This document shows positions 1 to 7,731 of a stretch of 64,000 bases of DNA, one piece after another. The stretch is from Myxococcales bacterium (GTDB taxonomy: Bacteria > Myxococcota_A > UBA9042), in NCBI GenBank assembly GCA_037441385.1, contig JBBISH010000012.1:1-64000 (forward strand), written 5' to 3'. Made by a program: the position numbers and the translations under genes. Numbering within the stretch: the stretch's first letter is position 1; every line of letters starts with the position of its first letter. Under the pieces are notes generated by a model that made no database searches, was not told where the DNA came from, and was given only the letters and a program-made list of their open reading frames with translations.

Positions 1-659
1 GGTTGCGGGGCGTCCGGGGCCGGGGCGGTGGTTGGGGTGGGCTGGGCCGGCGCGACCACCTCCGGTTCCGGTCCTGCGCGGGACGGAACCGGCGGCGCGG
101 CGGGCGGTGGCCGTGCGCCAGCGGCCTGGGCGAGCTCGGCCTCTAGGCGTTCCAAGTGTTGACGCGCTCTAGGCAAAATTCGTTCGTCATGGCGACTGCG
201 GCGCACGACTTCGCGCAGATAGCGAACCGCCGCCTCTTTGTCCCCGCGCGCCATGGCGGCCAAGGCCGCCCCGTAGCCGTAGGCCATGGCCGCCGGGTCG
301 AGCTCCCACGCGCGCAGATAGGCCGCTTCGGCCTGGGCAAAACGCTTGGCTTGGTACTCGGCCAGTGCTTCGCGACCTACGGCAAGCGCCTGCCGATCCT
401 CGCGTTCTGCGGCAGCGACCACCGGGGCGGTCCCCACCAACGCGGCGGCGAGAACCGTGGCCAAGCAGGCAGAGATCCAGGACTGATGAGGAATACGGAA
501 ACCGTCTAATGCGGCTCGAAAACTCCGGCAATTCTTCGGGCCCGAACCGGGTTCCCCGCCTGATTCTCGCCGGTTGCAGACCGGGTCAGAGAAGCCGTAC
601 AGGCGTGAATCAGAGGGGGTTCTTACAAGGCGGTCAAGGCCGCCGCGCTGGGCTCGCAT
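1..659 (-). CDS. Secreted TPR-like protein, runs off the left edge; carries an in-frame MITE-like insertion in its signal peptide
   Basis: Not in the ORF track (no stop in window). ATG at 659 lies 3 nt after the kinase stop. The frame reads MRAQRGGLDRL-[insert]-PHQSWISACLATVLAAALVGTAPVVAAA-EREDRQALAVGREALAEYQAKRFAQAEAAYLRAWELDP (signal peptide plus TPR-like helices), then Pro-rich. Confidence 0.75.
   Translation of the reverse strand, partial: MRAQRGGLDRLVRTPSDSRLYGFSDPVCNRRESGGEPGSGPKNCRSFRAALDGFRIPHQSWISACLATVLAAALVGTAPVVAAAEREDRQALAVGREALAEYQAKRFAQAEAAYLRAWELDPAAMAYGYGAALAAMARGDKEAAVRYLREVVRRSRHDERILPRARQHLERLEAELAQAAGARPPPAAPPVPSRAGPEPEVVAPAQPTPTTAPAPDAPQ
491..628 (+). mobile_element. 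Dispersed 138-bp palindromic MITE-like element, copy 1
   Basis: Colinear without indels with 4471-4608 (reverse) and 42983-43120; 17 mismatches in 138 vs copy 3 by manual count. Confidence 0.85.
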
Positions 660-662
660 CGG

Positions 663-2144
663 CTACTCCGGCGGCAACACAGAATAGGGGTCGCCTGCAG
701 GCGCGGGGCGCGGCCGGGCTCCGCGTGCCGGGCGGCGCGAGGGCACAGACGCGGCCCGGCTTCCGTTCGCAATGACGTGATGTTCTGGGCTTGCGGGCTC
801 GACCGGCCGAGCCGGTGCAGGTTCGGGCGGGGCCGCAACGGATGGCGGGGCCTGCGGGCGACCTGGCTCCGCAGGTGTGCTGGCCGGCGGCAATGGGTTG
901 GGCAGCGGCGGCGCCGTGACCGCTGGGTGGGCGGAAATAGCGGTGGCCGGGGCAATCGGCGGCTTCGTTTGGGCCGCCGGGCCGCGATCGTGGACCTGGA
1001 CCGCCGCCAACCCGGCCAACGCCGCCACGGCCGCTGCCGCCAGGACCCAACCGCGAAGACTGCTCCGTGGGGCGCGCCGGAGGGGCAACGCCGCGACCGG
1101 GACGGCGTCGTCGATCGTGGCCAAGTCCAGGTTGGGCAAGTGCTGCACCTGGGCGCACTGGCGCAGCGCTGCGGCCATCTGCTCGGCGCTGCGGAAGCGG
1201 CGCTCGGGCGAGCGGGCGATGGCCGTCATCACGATCGCCGCGAACGCCTCGCTGACTTTGACGCCAGCCACAGCCCGGATGTCGCGCGGAGACTCATAGA
1301 CGTGCGCAAACATCGCCCGCGCGCCGGGAAGTTCGCCCCACGGCAGCTGACCGGACAACGCACGGTAGAGCACCAACCCCAGCGCATACAGGTCGGTGCG
1401 GCCGTCCACGACCTCGGCCATGCACTGCTCGGGACTCATGTATGCGGGCGTGCCAACAACGTTTTCCGTCAGCATCGACGCGCTCTCGTGCCGGGCTAGC
1501 CCAAAGTCGATCAGCTTGTAGCGCGGCTGGCTGCCGGGCCGACCTACCATGATATTGCCGGGCTTGATATCGCGGTGGACGATCCCCAAGGCGTGCGCAG
1601 CAGCCAAGCCATCCAGAACACAAATGCCCAGTTCCGTGGCCGCCCCCTCGGTCAGCCGGTACGGAGCGGGCGGCGTTTCGGCAAGGTGGTGCTGCAGGGA
1701 CTCGCCTGGCACAAGGTCCATCGTCAGGTACTCGCACCCGTCGGCCGTGGTGCCCGTGCCCAAGATCCGCACCAGACTCGGGTGGCTCAGGCGCGTCAGC
1801 GCGGCGACCTCGCGGCGAAACCGGCGTACATGCCGCTGGTCGTCGTTGCGCTGAAGGAGCTTGACGGCCACCAAACGCTCGCCAGTGACATCCCACGCCT
1901 TGAACACGGCGCCGTGACCGCCGCGCCCCAGCATGCCTTGGAGTTGGTAGCGGTCATCGATGGTCATGCCTGGCCGCCACGGCAGCCCGGCCCAAGGCAC
2001 CGTGGGCGTCGGCCGGCCCAAGTCGTCCAGGTCGGCAGACGGCAAGTCCGCCGCCAGAAGGTCACCGGCCGCAGACCCGCCAGCGGCGGGCTCGACAGCC
2101 CGTCTGAGCGGTGCGCGTTCAACGATGGCGTTGCGAGATTCCAC
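663..2144 (-). CDS. Membrane-anchored Ser/Thr protein kinase (start uncertain)
   Basis: LGRGGHGAV, VAVK, HRDIKPGN, DFG, GTPAYMSPE motifs; TM helix and Pro-rich C-terminus. GTG 2144 chosen because a sigma70-like promoter lies at 2200-2228. Confidence 0.92.
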   Translation of the reverse strand: MESRNAIVERAPLRRAVEPAAGGSAAGDLLAADLPSADLDDLGRPTPTVPWAGLPWRPGMTIDDRYQLQGMLGRGGHGAVFKAWDVTGERLVAVKLLQRNDDQRHVRRFRREVAALTRLSHPSLVRILGTGTTADGCEYLTMDLVPGESLQHHLAETPPAPYRLTEGAATELGICVLDGLAAAHALGIVHRDIKPGNIMVGRPGSQPRYKLIDFGLARHESASMLTENVVGTPAYMSPEQCMAEVVDGRTDLYALGLVLYRALSGQLPWGELPGARAMFAHVYESPRDIRAVAGVKVSEAFAAIVMTAIARSPERRFRSAEQMAAALRQCAQVQHLPNLDLATIDDAVPVAALPLRRAPRSSLRGWVLAAAAVAALAGLAAVQVHDRGPAAQTKPPIAPATAISAHPAVTAPPLPNPLPPASTPAEPGRPQAPPSVAAPPEPAPARPVEPASPEHHVIANGSRAASVPSRRPARGARPRPAPAGDPYSVLPPE

Positions 2145-2199
2145 GGCGTGGTCGCTTGGCCTCCAGAAAGTTGCGGGGACCGCTGACTTGGATACCACG

Positions 2200-2228
2200 A
2201 TCCTACGGATAAAACTGACGCAAGTCAA
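2200..2228 (-). promoter_or_regulatory. Putative sigma70 promoter of the kinase
   Basis: TTGACT-N17-TAGGAT on the minus strand. Confidence 0.5.
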
Positions 2229-2481
2229 TGCTTTACACGGCCATGAGTTGGCCGGCGGCCGTCTCGGTCGCGCGGGGCCGCATCGCGACAAGCCAGGCCT
2301 GTCCGGCGCGTCGCGCTTTGGCGACAGGTTGTCGGGATTTTTGGACACCAATACAACTACGCAAAATGGATAGCTATTCTCCAGAGACATCCATGTCGGC
2401 ATTTGCCGACGCCGACGCGGCGCCGACAGTTCGCCGATCGCCCTTACCTACTACTGATTGAAATTACATAGATCTGTAAGT

Positions 2482-2497
2482 TGGCACGACCCGTGCA
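2482..2497 (+). promoter_or_regulatory. Putative sigma54 (-24/-12) promoter
   Basis: TGGCACGACCCGTGCA with correct GG/GC spacing, AT-rich stretch upstream, about 85 nt before the CDS at 2582. Confidence 0.65.
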
Positions 2498-2581
2498 ATA
2501 GCCAAGGTCAGGACGGACGGCAGCACGGACACCGCCCGCGAGCGCAACAACGACACCCAAACGGGACTCTTGGAGGACACC

Positions 2582-2929
2582 ATGGCTACCACTCGCAACC
2601 ACATCGCTCTTCTTCCTACCTACATCGGCGCCGGCCTCAGCTTCATCGCCTTCTTGGTCATCGGCGCGGTCCCTGGCGTGCTGTACGGCGGCTACATGGG
2701 CATGACCATGGCGAATGTCCTCTTTGGTGCCGCGGGCGACGGCAGCTGGCTGAGCCGGGCAGTGGTCGGTGGCGGCATGGGCCTGGGTCTGGTCGCGACG
2801 GCCTTCTTCTTTGTGGTGGCGGGCGCCGTGACCGGCACGCTGGTCGGCCTGCCCTTCGCTCCCGTGCTGCGCCGCATCGCCCAGAGCCAGCCGGCCGCCG
2901 AGGCCCAAGAGGCGCTGGCTCACAAGTAG
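2582..2929 (+). CDS. Small Gly-rich multi-TM membrane protein
   Basis: GGAGG RBS before ATG 2582; hydrophobic Gly-rich helices. Confidence 0.8.
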   Translation: MATTRNHIALLPTYIGAGLSFIAFLVIGAVPGVLYGGYMGMTMANVLFGAAGDGSWLSRAVVGGGMGLGLVATAFFFVVAGAVTGTLVGLPFAPVLRRIAQSQPAAEAQEALAHK

Positions 2930-2984
2930 CGCACCAGAGAGAGCACCCCCTGCTAGTTGTTGAAACTATTGGGTGTCCGCCTAG

Positions 2985-3018
2985 AGGCCCTGCCCGAACG
3001 AAGGTTCGCGCGGGGCCT
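2985..3018. terminator. GC-rich hairpin between convergent genes
   Basis: AGGCCCTGC-CCGAAC-GAAG-GTTCG-CGCGGGGCCT imperfect stem; no strong U-tract. Confidence 0.4.
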
Positions 3019-3039
3019 TGGCGCATTTTGGGATGGCCA

Positions 3040-3082
3040 GGTCGACTAGCCAAGCCAGGGTCGACTAGCCAAGCCAGGGTCG
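3040..3082. repeat. 19-bp tandem duplication over the PAP2 stop codon
   Basis: GGTCGACTAGCCAAGCCAG twice, plus partial GGTCG. Confidence 0.85.
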
Positions 3083-3856
3083 CCAACCCAGCTGAAACGC
3101 CGCAAAGAAGCCGACGTAGACGCCAGCCGCGACGAACGCATAGGCCGCCGGTCCGCGCCAACTGCGGGCGGTTCGCTCGCCTTGGGGACGTTCGTAGACG
3201 TCGGGCCGCACCACGTAGTGCCAGATTCCTACGGCCAACAGCAGCGCGCCCACGCCGTCGGCAAGGTAATGCTGCTTCATGGTCAGGATCGACACGGCGA
3301 TGCCCGCCACCAGCGGCGACGCCACCCAGCCCCAGAGCGGCCGGGCGGTATAGGCCGACAACATCGCCAACACGGCAAACGACAGGTGCATCGACGGAAA
3401 GCAGTTGGTCGGCGGGTCGACAAAGTAGGTGACGCGGACGCCCCAGTGGGCAAAGCGATGCAGGTCCAGGCTGCTCAGGTCCGCCCGCAAGCCCACGCTG
3501 GTGACGGGCATGGCCCAAAACATGGCAAATGAGATGGCCAAGAGCCAGGCGTAGGCGCGGGCGATGCGCAGAAACAAACGCTCGGACCGGACGGCGAACA
3601 AAGGGTAGGTCGCGCACGAATAGACCATGCTGTAGGCGTAGATGGACTCGGGCACGAACGGGATGGCCCGGTCCAAGCGCGTCGCGAGCCCATGAGCGCG
3701 CGCCGGGTCGATGGCGAGGCCGACGAAGTGATAGCCAAAGACCATGGTGGCGATTAGTCCGAGGACGACGAGGGACGCGCGGCCGCGAACGGTCGGCGCG
3801 GGGTCCAGGACGAAGTCCTCGCTGAATGGAGAGGAGGAAGGCGGAGTGCGGTTCAT
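3065..3856 (-). CDS. PAP2-family membrane phosphatase / inositol-phosphorylceramide-synthase-like protein
   Basis: DPPTNCFPSMH and SILTMKQHYLAD motifs, multiple TM helices, GGAGG RBS. Confidence 0.85.
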   Translation of the reverse strand: MNRTPPSSSPFSEDFVLDPAPTVRGRASLVVLGLIATMVFGYHFVGLAIDPARAHGLATRLDRAIPFVPESIYAYSMVYSCATYPLFAVRSERLFLRIARAYAWLLAISFAMFWAMPVTSVGLRADLSSLDLHRFAHWGVRVTYFVDPPTNCFPSMHLSFAVLAMLSAYTARPLWGWVASPLVAGIAVSILTMKQHYLADGVGALLLAVGIWHYVVRPDVYERPQGERTARSWRGPAAYAFVAAGVYVGFFAAFQLGWRPWLG

Positions 3857-4114
3857 GGCGACCTCCTGCTTGTGTTGTGCAGTTTGCGGGGCCGTCTGTC
3901 AAGGATCGATGCTCACTGGCCTTTTTGACGCAGTGCGTCGCAGACCGGTGTGCGTCGTTCGGGTGTGGCGGGGCGAACCCGCGCTGCGCGCGGTCCCGTG
4001 CTGGTCGGCCGCGGCCGGCGCCGCGCCGACCAGAGGCCGGGCGACCCGAACGGGTCGACACGGCCTCTGCCCTTGCGGGCGACGCCCGGTTTCGCCTCCG
4101 CGGCGCCAAGCGCC

Positions 4115-4149
4115 GCGATACTGGTATCACGCGGTATCCGCGAGACCGG
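4115..4149. promoter_or_regulatory. Candidate activator-binding (UAS) motif, copy A
   Basis: GCGATACTGGTATCACGCGGTATCCGCGAGACCGG; 30/35 identical to 23530-23564; made of GATAC/GTATC-type inverted half-sites; about 50 bp upstream of a sigma54 promoter. Confidence 0.55.
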
Positions 4150-4199
4150 TGAGACGGGACCATACGATGCAAGCGGTGACAATTAGAGACCTTTGAAGT

Positions 4200-4215
4200 T
4201 GGCACGCCCTATGCA
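4200..4215 (+). promoter_or_regulatory. Putative sigma54 promoter
   Basis: TGGCACGCCCTATGCA, GG at 4201 and GC at 4213. Confidence 0.6.
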
Positions 4216-4225
4216 ACGGCTTCAG

Positions 4226-4345
4226 GTGCCCCAGGGAGCCGCCCTGGGGACCGCGGTCGCTGCGTACGGGCGACCGCGGACTACACCGGGTTCGGCGGAC
4301 ACATCGCCGGGCCGAAGGCTGGCCGGGGGTTGGATTTGGCCCCGG
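4226..4345 (+). ncRNA. Candidate sigma54-dependent structured small RNA
   Basis: Starts at the predicted TSS; consecutive hairpins CCCCAGGG/CCCTGGGG (4229-4249), CCGCGGTCGC/GCGACCGCGG (4251-4279) and two more; no convincing CDS. Confidence 0.35.
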
Positions 4346-4470
4346 GGGGCGCCAATGGGCCGCGCGAGCGGTCGGCTGGCGTCGGTGTGGTGGTGTGCCT
4401 GGGGCCGCGAGGTCCTGGGCACTGCGGTGGGGCGGGCTTGGCTGGGCGGTTTCCTGGCCTTTAGGCCAAG

Positions 4471-4608
4471 TTATACGCACCCCACCTGATTCGCGCCTGT
4501 ACGGCTTTTCTGACCCGTTCTGCAACTGGCGAGAATCAGGCGGGGACCCCGGTTCGGGCCCGGAGAATTGCCCGAGTTTTCGATCCGATTCGGACGGAAC
4601 TGGTATTA
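4471..4608 (-). mobile_element. Dispersed 138-bp MITE-like element, copy 2 (intergenic, inverted)
   Basis: Reverse complement aligns to 491-628; bounded by TTA...TTA on the plus strand. Confidence 0.85.
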
Positions 4609-5135
4609 GGTCCCCAGGGAACGCGGCGGGGTGGCACGCGGTTGCCGGACTGCCCGCACCGACGCCCGGTCTCTGGACCAGCGTGGGGCCCCGGAGTCCA
4701 CTGCAGGTTACCGGCGCCTCCCGGACTTGGGCTGCCCTGGTTTGGCCCGATCCGACCGCGGACTGGCGCAGTCGCGGCCTTGACGCGCCCGCCGGGGCGC
4801 GGCCACGCGGCAAGGATGCGAGCCCGCAGGGCGGCGGACCGGCACATCCCAAGTTTCCGTCCCAGGTCCCATCTCGCGCGTGCCGGGCCGCCGCAGCGGC
4901 GGCGTGATTTGGGTATGGGCGCCAGTTGCCCCGTCCGCCGCTGCCGCAGCCTGACGGCGCGCAGCGCCGGGCCGCCCATCTCCCAACCCAGCATGACCAA
5001 TCCGCGACCGACGCCACCCACAACCCGTTGACACCGCAGGCTCCGCGTCGCAACCTGCCGCCCGCGACCCGCGCACTTCCCGGGCCGCCGCACGACCGCA
5101 CCCGCGGCCCAAACCGCCACCCAGACGAGGTCCCC

Positions 5136-6785
5136 ATGAGCGAGCCAACCCTGCGTTCCATCTACGATGTCGCCGCCGACCTGGGCCTTCAGCCCGACGA
5201 CCTCGAGCCCTACGGCAAGGTCATGGCCAAGCTCAGCCCCGCCGTCCGCCAGCGTCCGCGCCACACCAGCGCCCCCGCCAAGCTCGTCCTCATGACCGCC
5301 ATCACTCCCACGCCCGCCGGCGAAGGCAAGACCACCACCACCATCGGCCTGGTCCAAGGGCTGCGGCGCCAAGGGATCCGCGCGGTGGCAGCGCTGCGCG
5401 AACCCAGCCTGGGCCCGTGCTTCGGCGTCAAAGGCGGCGGCGCCGGCGCGGGCAAGTCGACCATCGAGCCCTCGCAGCGCATCAACCTCCACTTCACCGG
5501 CGACCTCCACGCCATCACGTCGGCGCACAACCTGCTGGCCGCGATGATCGACAACCACCTGCAGCAAGGTAACGCCCTGAACATCGACCCGCGCCGGGTC
5601 GTGTGGCCGCGCGTCATGGACATGAACGACCGCGCCCTGCGCCAGGTCATGCTGGGCATGGGCGGCACCGCCCACGGCATTCCGCGCCAAGGAAGCTTCG
5701 ATATTACAGCAGCTTCTGAGGTCATGGCCATGCTCTGCCTGGCCGAAGACGCCGAGGATCTGCGCGCCCGCATCGACCGCACGTTGGTCGCCTGGACCCG
5801 CGACGGCCAGCCCGTGCTCGCTGGCCAACTCAATGCGTCGGGTGCGATGCTCGTCCTGCTCCGCGACGCGCTTCAGCCCAACCTGGTGCAGACCTTCGAA
5901 GGCGCGCCAGCGGTGGTCCACGGCGGCCCGTTTGCCAACATCGCCCACGGCTGCAATTCCATCGTAGCCACTCGCACCGCCCTGCACCTGGGCGACATCG
6001 TGGTCACCGAGGCGGGCTTTGCTTTTGACTTGGGCGGCGAGAAGTTCCTGGACATCAAAATGCGCACGGCCGGCCTGCCGGTCCACGCGGTCGTCTTGGT
6101 CGCGACCACTCGGGCGCTCAAAATGCACGGCGGCACGGCCCTGGCCGATGTCGGCACGGTCGACGTGGCTGCGGTGATGCGCGGCATCGCCAACCTGGAC
6201 GCCCACTTGGACAGCATCCAGAAGTACGGCATCCAGCCCGTGGTGGCGCTGAACCGCTTCCACACCGACGCGGACGAAGAGCTGCAGGCCGTGATCGCCC
6301 ACTGCGCCGCGCGCGGAGTGCAAGCCGCGATCTCGTCGCACTTCGCCGACGGCGGTGCGGGCGCCGAGGAGCTGGCCAAGATCGTCTGGAAGACCGTGCA
6401 GACCGCCAGCGGTCACTACCAGCCGATGTACGCGGTCGAAGACAGCATCGAACAAAAAGTCGCCGCCATCGCCAAGAACATCTACGGCGCCGACGGCGTC
6501 GAGTGGGCGGCCGAGGCCAAGAAAGACTTGAAGCAGCTCGAAAAATTGGGCTACGGCAAGCTCCTGGTCTGCATGGCCAAAACCCAGGGCTCGCTGTCCG
6601 ACGACCCCAAGAAGGTCGGCCGACCCACCGGCTGGAAACTCAACGTCCGCGGCCTGGTGCTGAGTGCCGGCGCCGGCTTTGTGGTCGTGCTGACCGGCGA
6701 CCTGATGCGCATGCCCGGCTTGCCGGCCAAGCCCGCCGCCGAGCGCATCAACCTGGTGGGTGGCGAGATCGTGGGGCTGTCGTGA
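5136..6785 (+). CDS. fhs: Formate--tetrahydrofolate ligase
   Basis: TPTPAGEGKTTT, INLHFTGDLHAITSAHNLLAA, HGGPFANIAHGCNS, VTEAGF, MRMPGLP motifs; GAGG RBS. Confidence 0.97.
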   Translation: MSEPTLRSIYDVAADLGLQPDDLEPYGKVMAKLSPAVRQRPRHTSAPAKLVLMTAITPTPAGEGKTTTTIGLVQGLRRQGIRAVAALREPSLGPCFGVKGGGAGAGKSTIEPSQRINLHFTGDLHAITSAHNLLAAMIDNHLQQGNALNIDPRRVVWPRVMDMNDRALRQVMLGMGGTAHGIPRQGSFDITAASEVMAMLCLAEDAEDLRARIDRTLVAWTRDGQPVLAGQLNASGAMLVLLRDALQPNLVQTFEGAPAVVHGGPFANIAHGCNSIVATRTALHLGDIVVTEAGFAFDLGGEKFLDIKMRTAGLPVHAVVLVATTRALKMHGGTALADVGTVDVAAVMRGIANLDAHLDSIQKYGIQPVVALNRFHTDADEELQAVIAHCAARGVQAAISSHFADGGAGAEELAKIVWKTVQTASGHYQPMYAVEDSIEQKVAAIAKNIYGADGVEWAAEAKKDLKQLEKLGYGKLLVCMAKTQGSLSDDPKKVGRPTGWKLNVRGLVLSAGAGFVVVLTGDLMRMPGLPAKPAAERINLVGGEIVGLS

Positions 6786-7165
6786 TGCCGTGGACGTTGG
6801 TCGCCGCGATTTTGGGCGGTCTGGGCGTAGCGACCGGCGCGTTTGGCGCCCATGCCCTGCAAGGCCGCCTGGATCCGCAGCATCTGGACTGGTGGGACAA
6901 GGCAGTCCGCTACCAGTTCTGGCACGCCCTCGCGCTGTTGGCGGTGGAGCCGGCGTGGCGCTGGGCCATGGCACAAGCCCGCCCCGAGTTGGCGCAATGG
7001 GCCCATCGCGCCGGCTGGGGCTTCCTCGTTGGCGTCGTATTGTTTTGCGGCAGTTTGCAGGTCATGGCCCTGACCGACTGGCGCAAGCTCGGCATGATCA
7101 CGCCACTTGGCGGCCTGTCGCTCATCGCCGGCTGGGTATGCCTGGCCTTGGCCGCGCGCCGCTGA
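6785..7165 (+). CDS. DUF423 (YgdD/TMEM256-like) membrane protein
   Basis: GAFGAHAL, AVRYQFWHALALL, LFCGSL, ITPLGG; TGATG coupling to fhs. Confidence 0.9.
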   Translation: MPWTLVAAILGGLGVATGAFGAHALQGRLDPQHLDWWDKAVRYQFWHALALLAVEPAWRWAMAQARPELAQWAHRAGWGFLVGVVLFCGSLQVMALTDWRKLGMITPLGGLSLIAGWVCLALAARR

Positions 7166-7187
7166 AGAACGCCACAACCGGTCGCCC

Positions 7188-7730
7188 CTACTTGGCCTTG
7201 TTGGTGCACGCCCCGGTCGCGGGGTCGCACGAGTCCACGGTGTTGGCGTTGCCGTCATCGCACTTGGGCGCGGTCTTGCAGGCAAAAACACCCGAAGAGT
7301 CCACGCATTCATCGCCGACCGTGCACAAGTCGTTGTCGGTACAGGCGCCTGCGTGCAGTTCGTGGCGGCAGGCGGCGTTGGCCGTGTTGCAGTAGTCGTC
7401 GGTGCAGACGTTGCCATCGTCGCAGTAGTCGGTCTTGCACACGTGGTCAGGCGGCACGCAGGCTTGCTTGACGCACACGCCGTCGCCGCAGTCGGCCGAG
7501 CTGGAGCACGAGCGGCCGCACAACCCTTCGATGCACAGGCCGCCGTCGCCGCACGATCCGCCGTTGTTGTTGCAGGTGCCGCTGTACCAGCGTCGCGCGC
7601 CGTCGCTGCAGCCCCAAACTCCTACGCAAGCGGTCAGAAATAGGGCCACAACCTGGGCCCGCAGCGCGACCTGCGCTCCCCGACCTGGGCACGATCGCTG
7701 GCAGTGGGTCATCATCCGCGCCTCTGCCAC
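7188..7730 (-). CDS. Cys-rich repeat putative lipoprotein
   Basis: Hydrophobic leader ending VWGC; CDDGNVCTDDYC / CDDGNANTVDSCDP repeats. Confidence 0.75.
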   Translation of the reverse strand: MAEARMMTHCQRSCPGRGAQVALRAQVVALFLTACVGVWGCSDGARRWYSGTCNNNGGSCGDGGLCIEGLCGRSCSSSADCGDGVCVKQACVPPDHVCKTDYCDDGNVCTDDYCNTANAACRHELHAGACTDNDLCTVGDECVDSSGVFACKTAPKCDDGNANTVDSCDPATGACTNKAK

Positions 7731-7731
7731 G

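Noticed and set aside
491..628. 138-bp repeat as integron attC site
   Set aside because: No RYYYAAC/GTTRRRY ends, copies are dispersed in both orientations, and there is no cassette array or IntI.
4700..5135. ZTP or THF riboswitch upstream of fhs
   Set aside because: Only a short GACTGGCG resemblance near 4761; the remaining conserved elements were not found by eye. An Rfam scan would settle it.
4536..6974. Long antisense ORFs (also 9233-11476, 23715-26855, 37140-38693 and many others)
   Set aside because: Shadow frames of well-supported genes, expected in high-GC DNA; no motifs.
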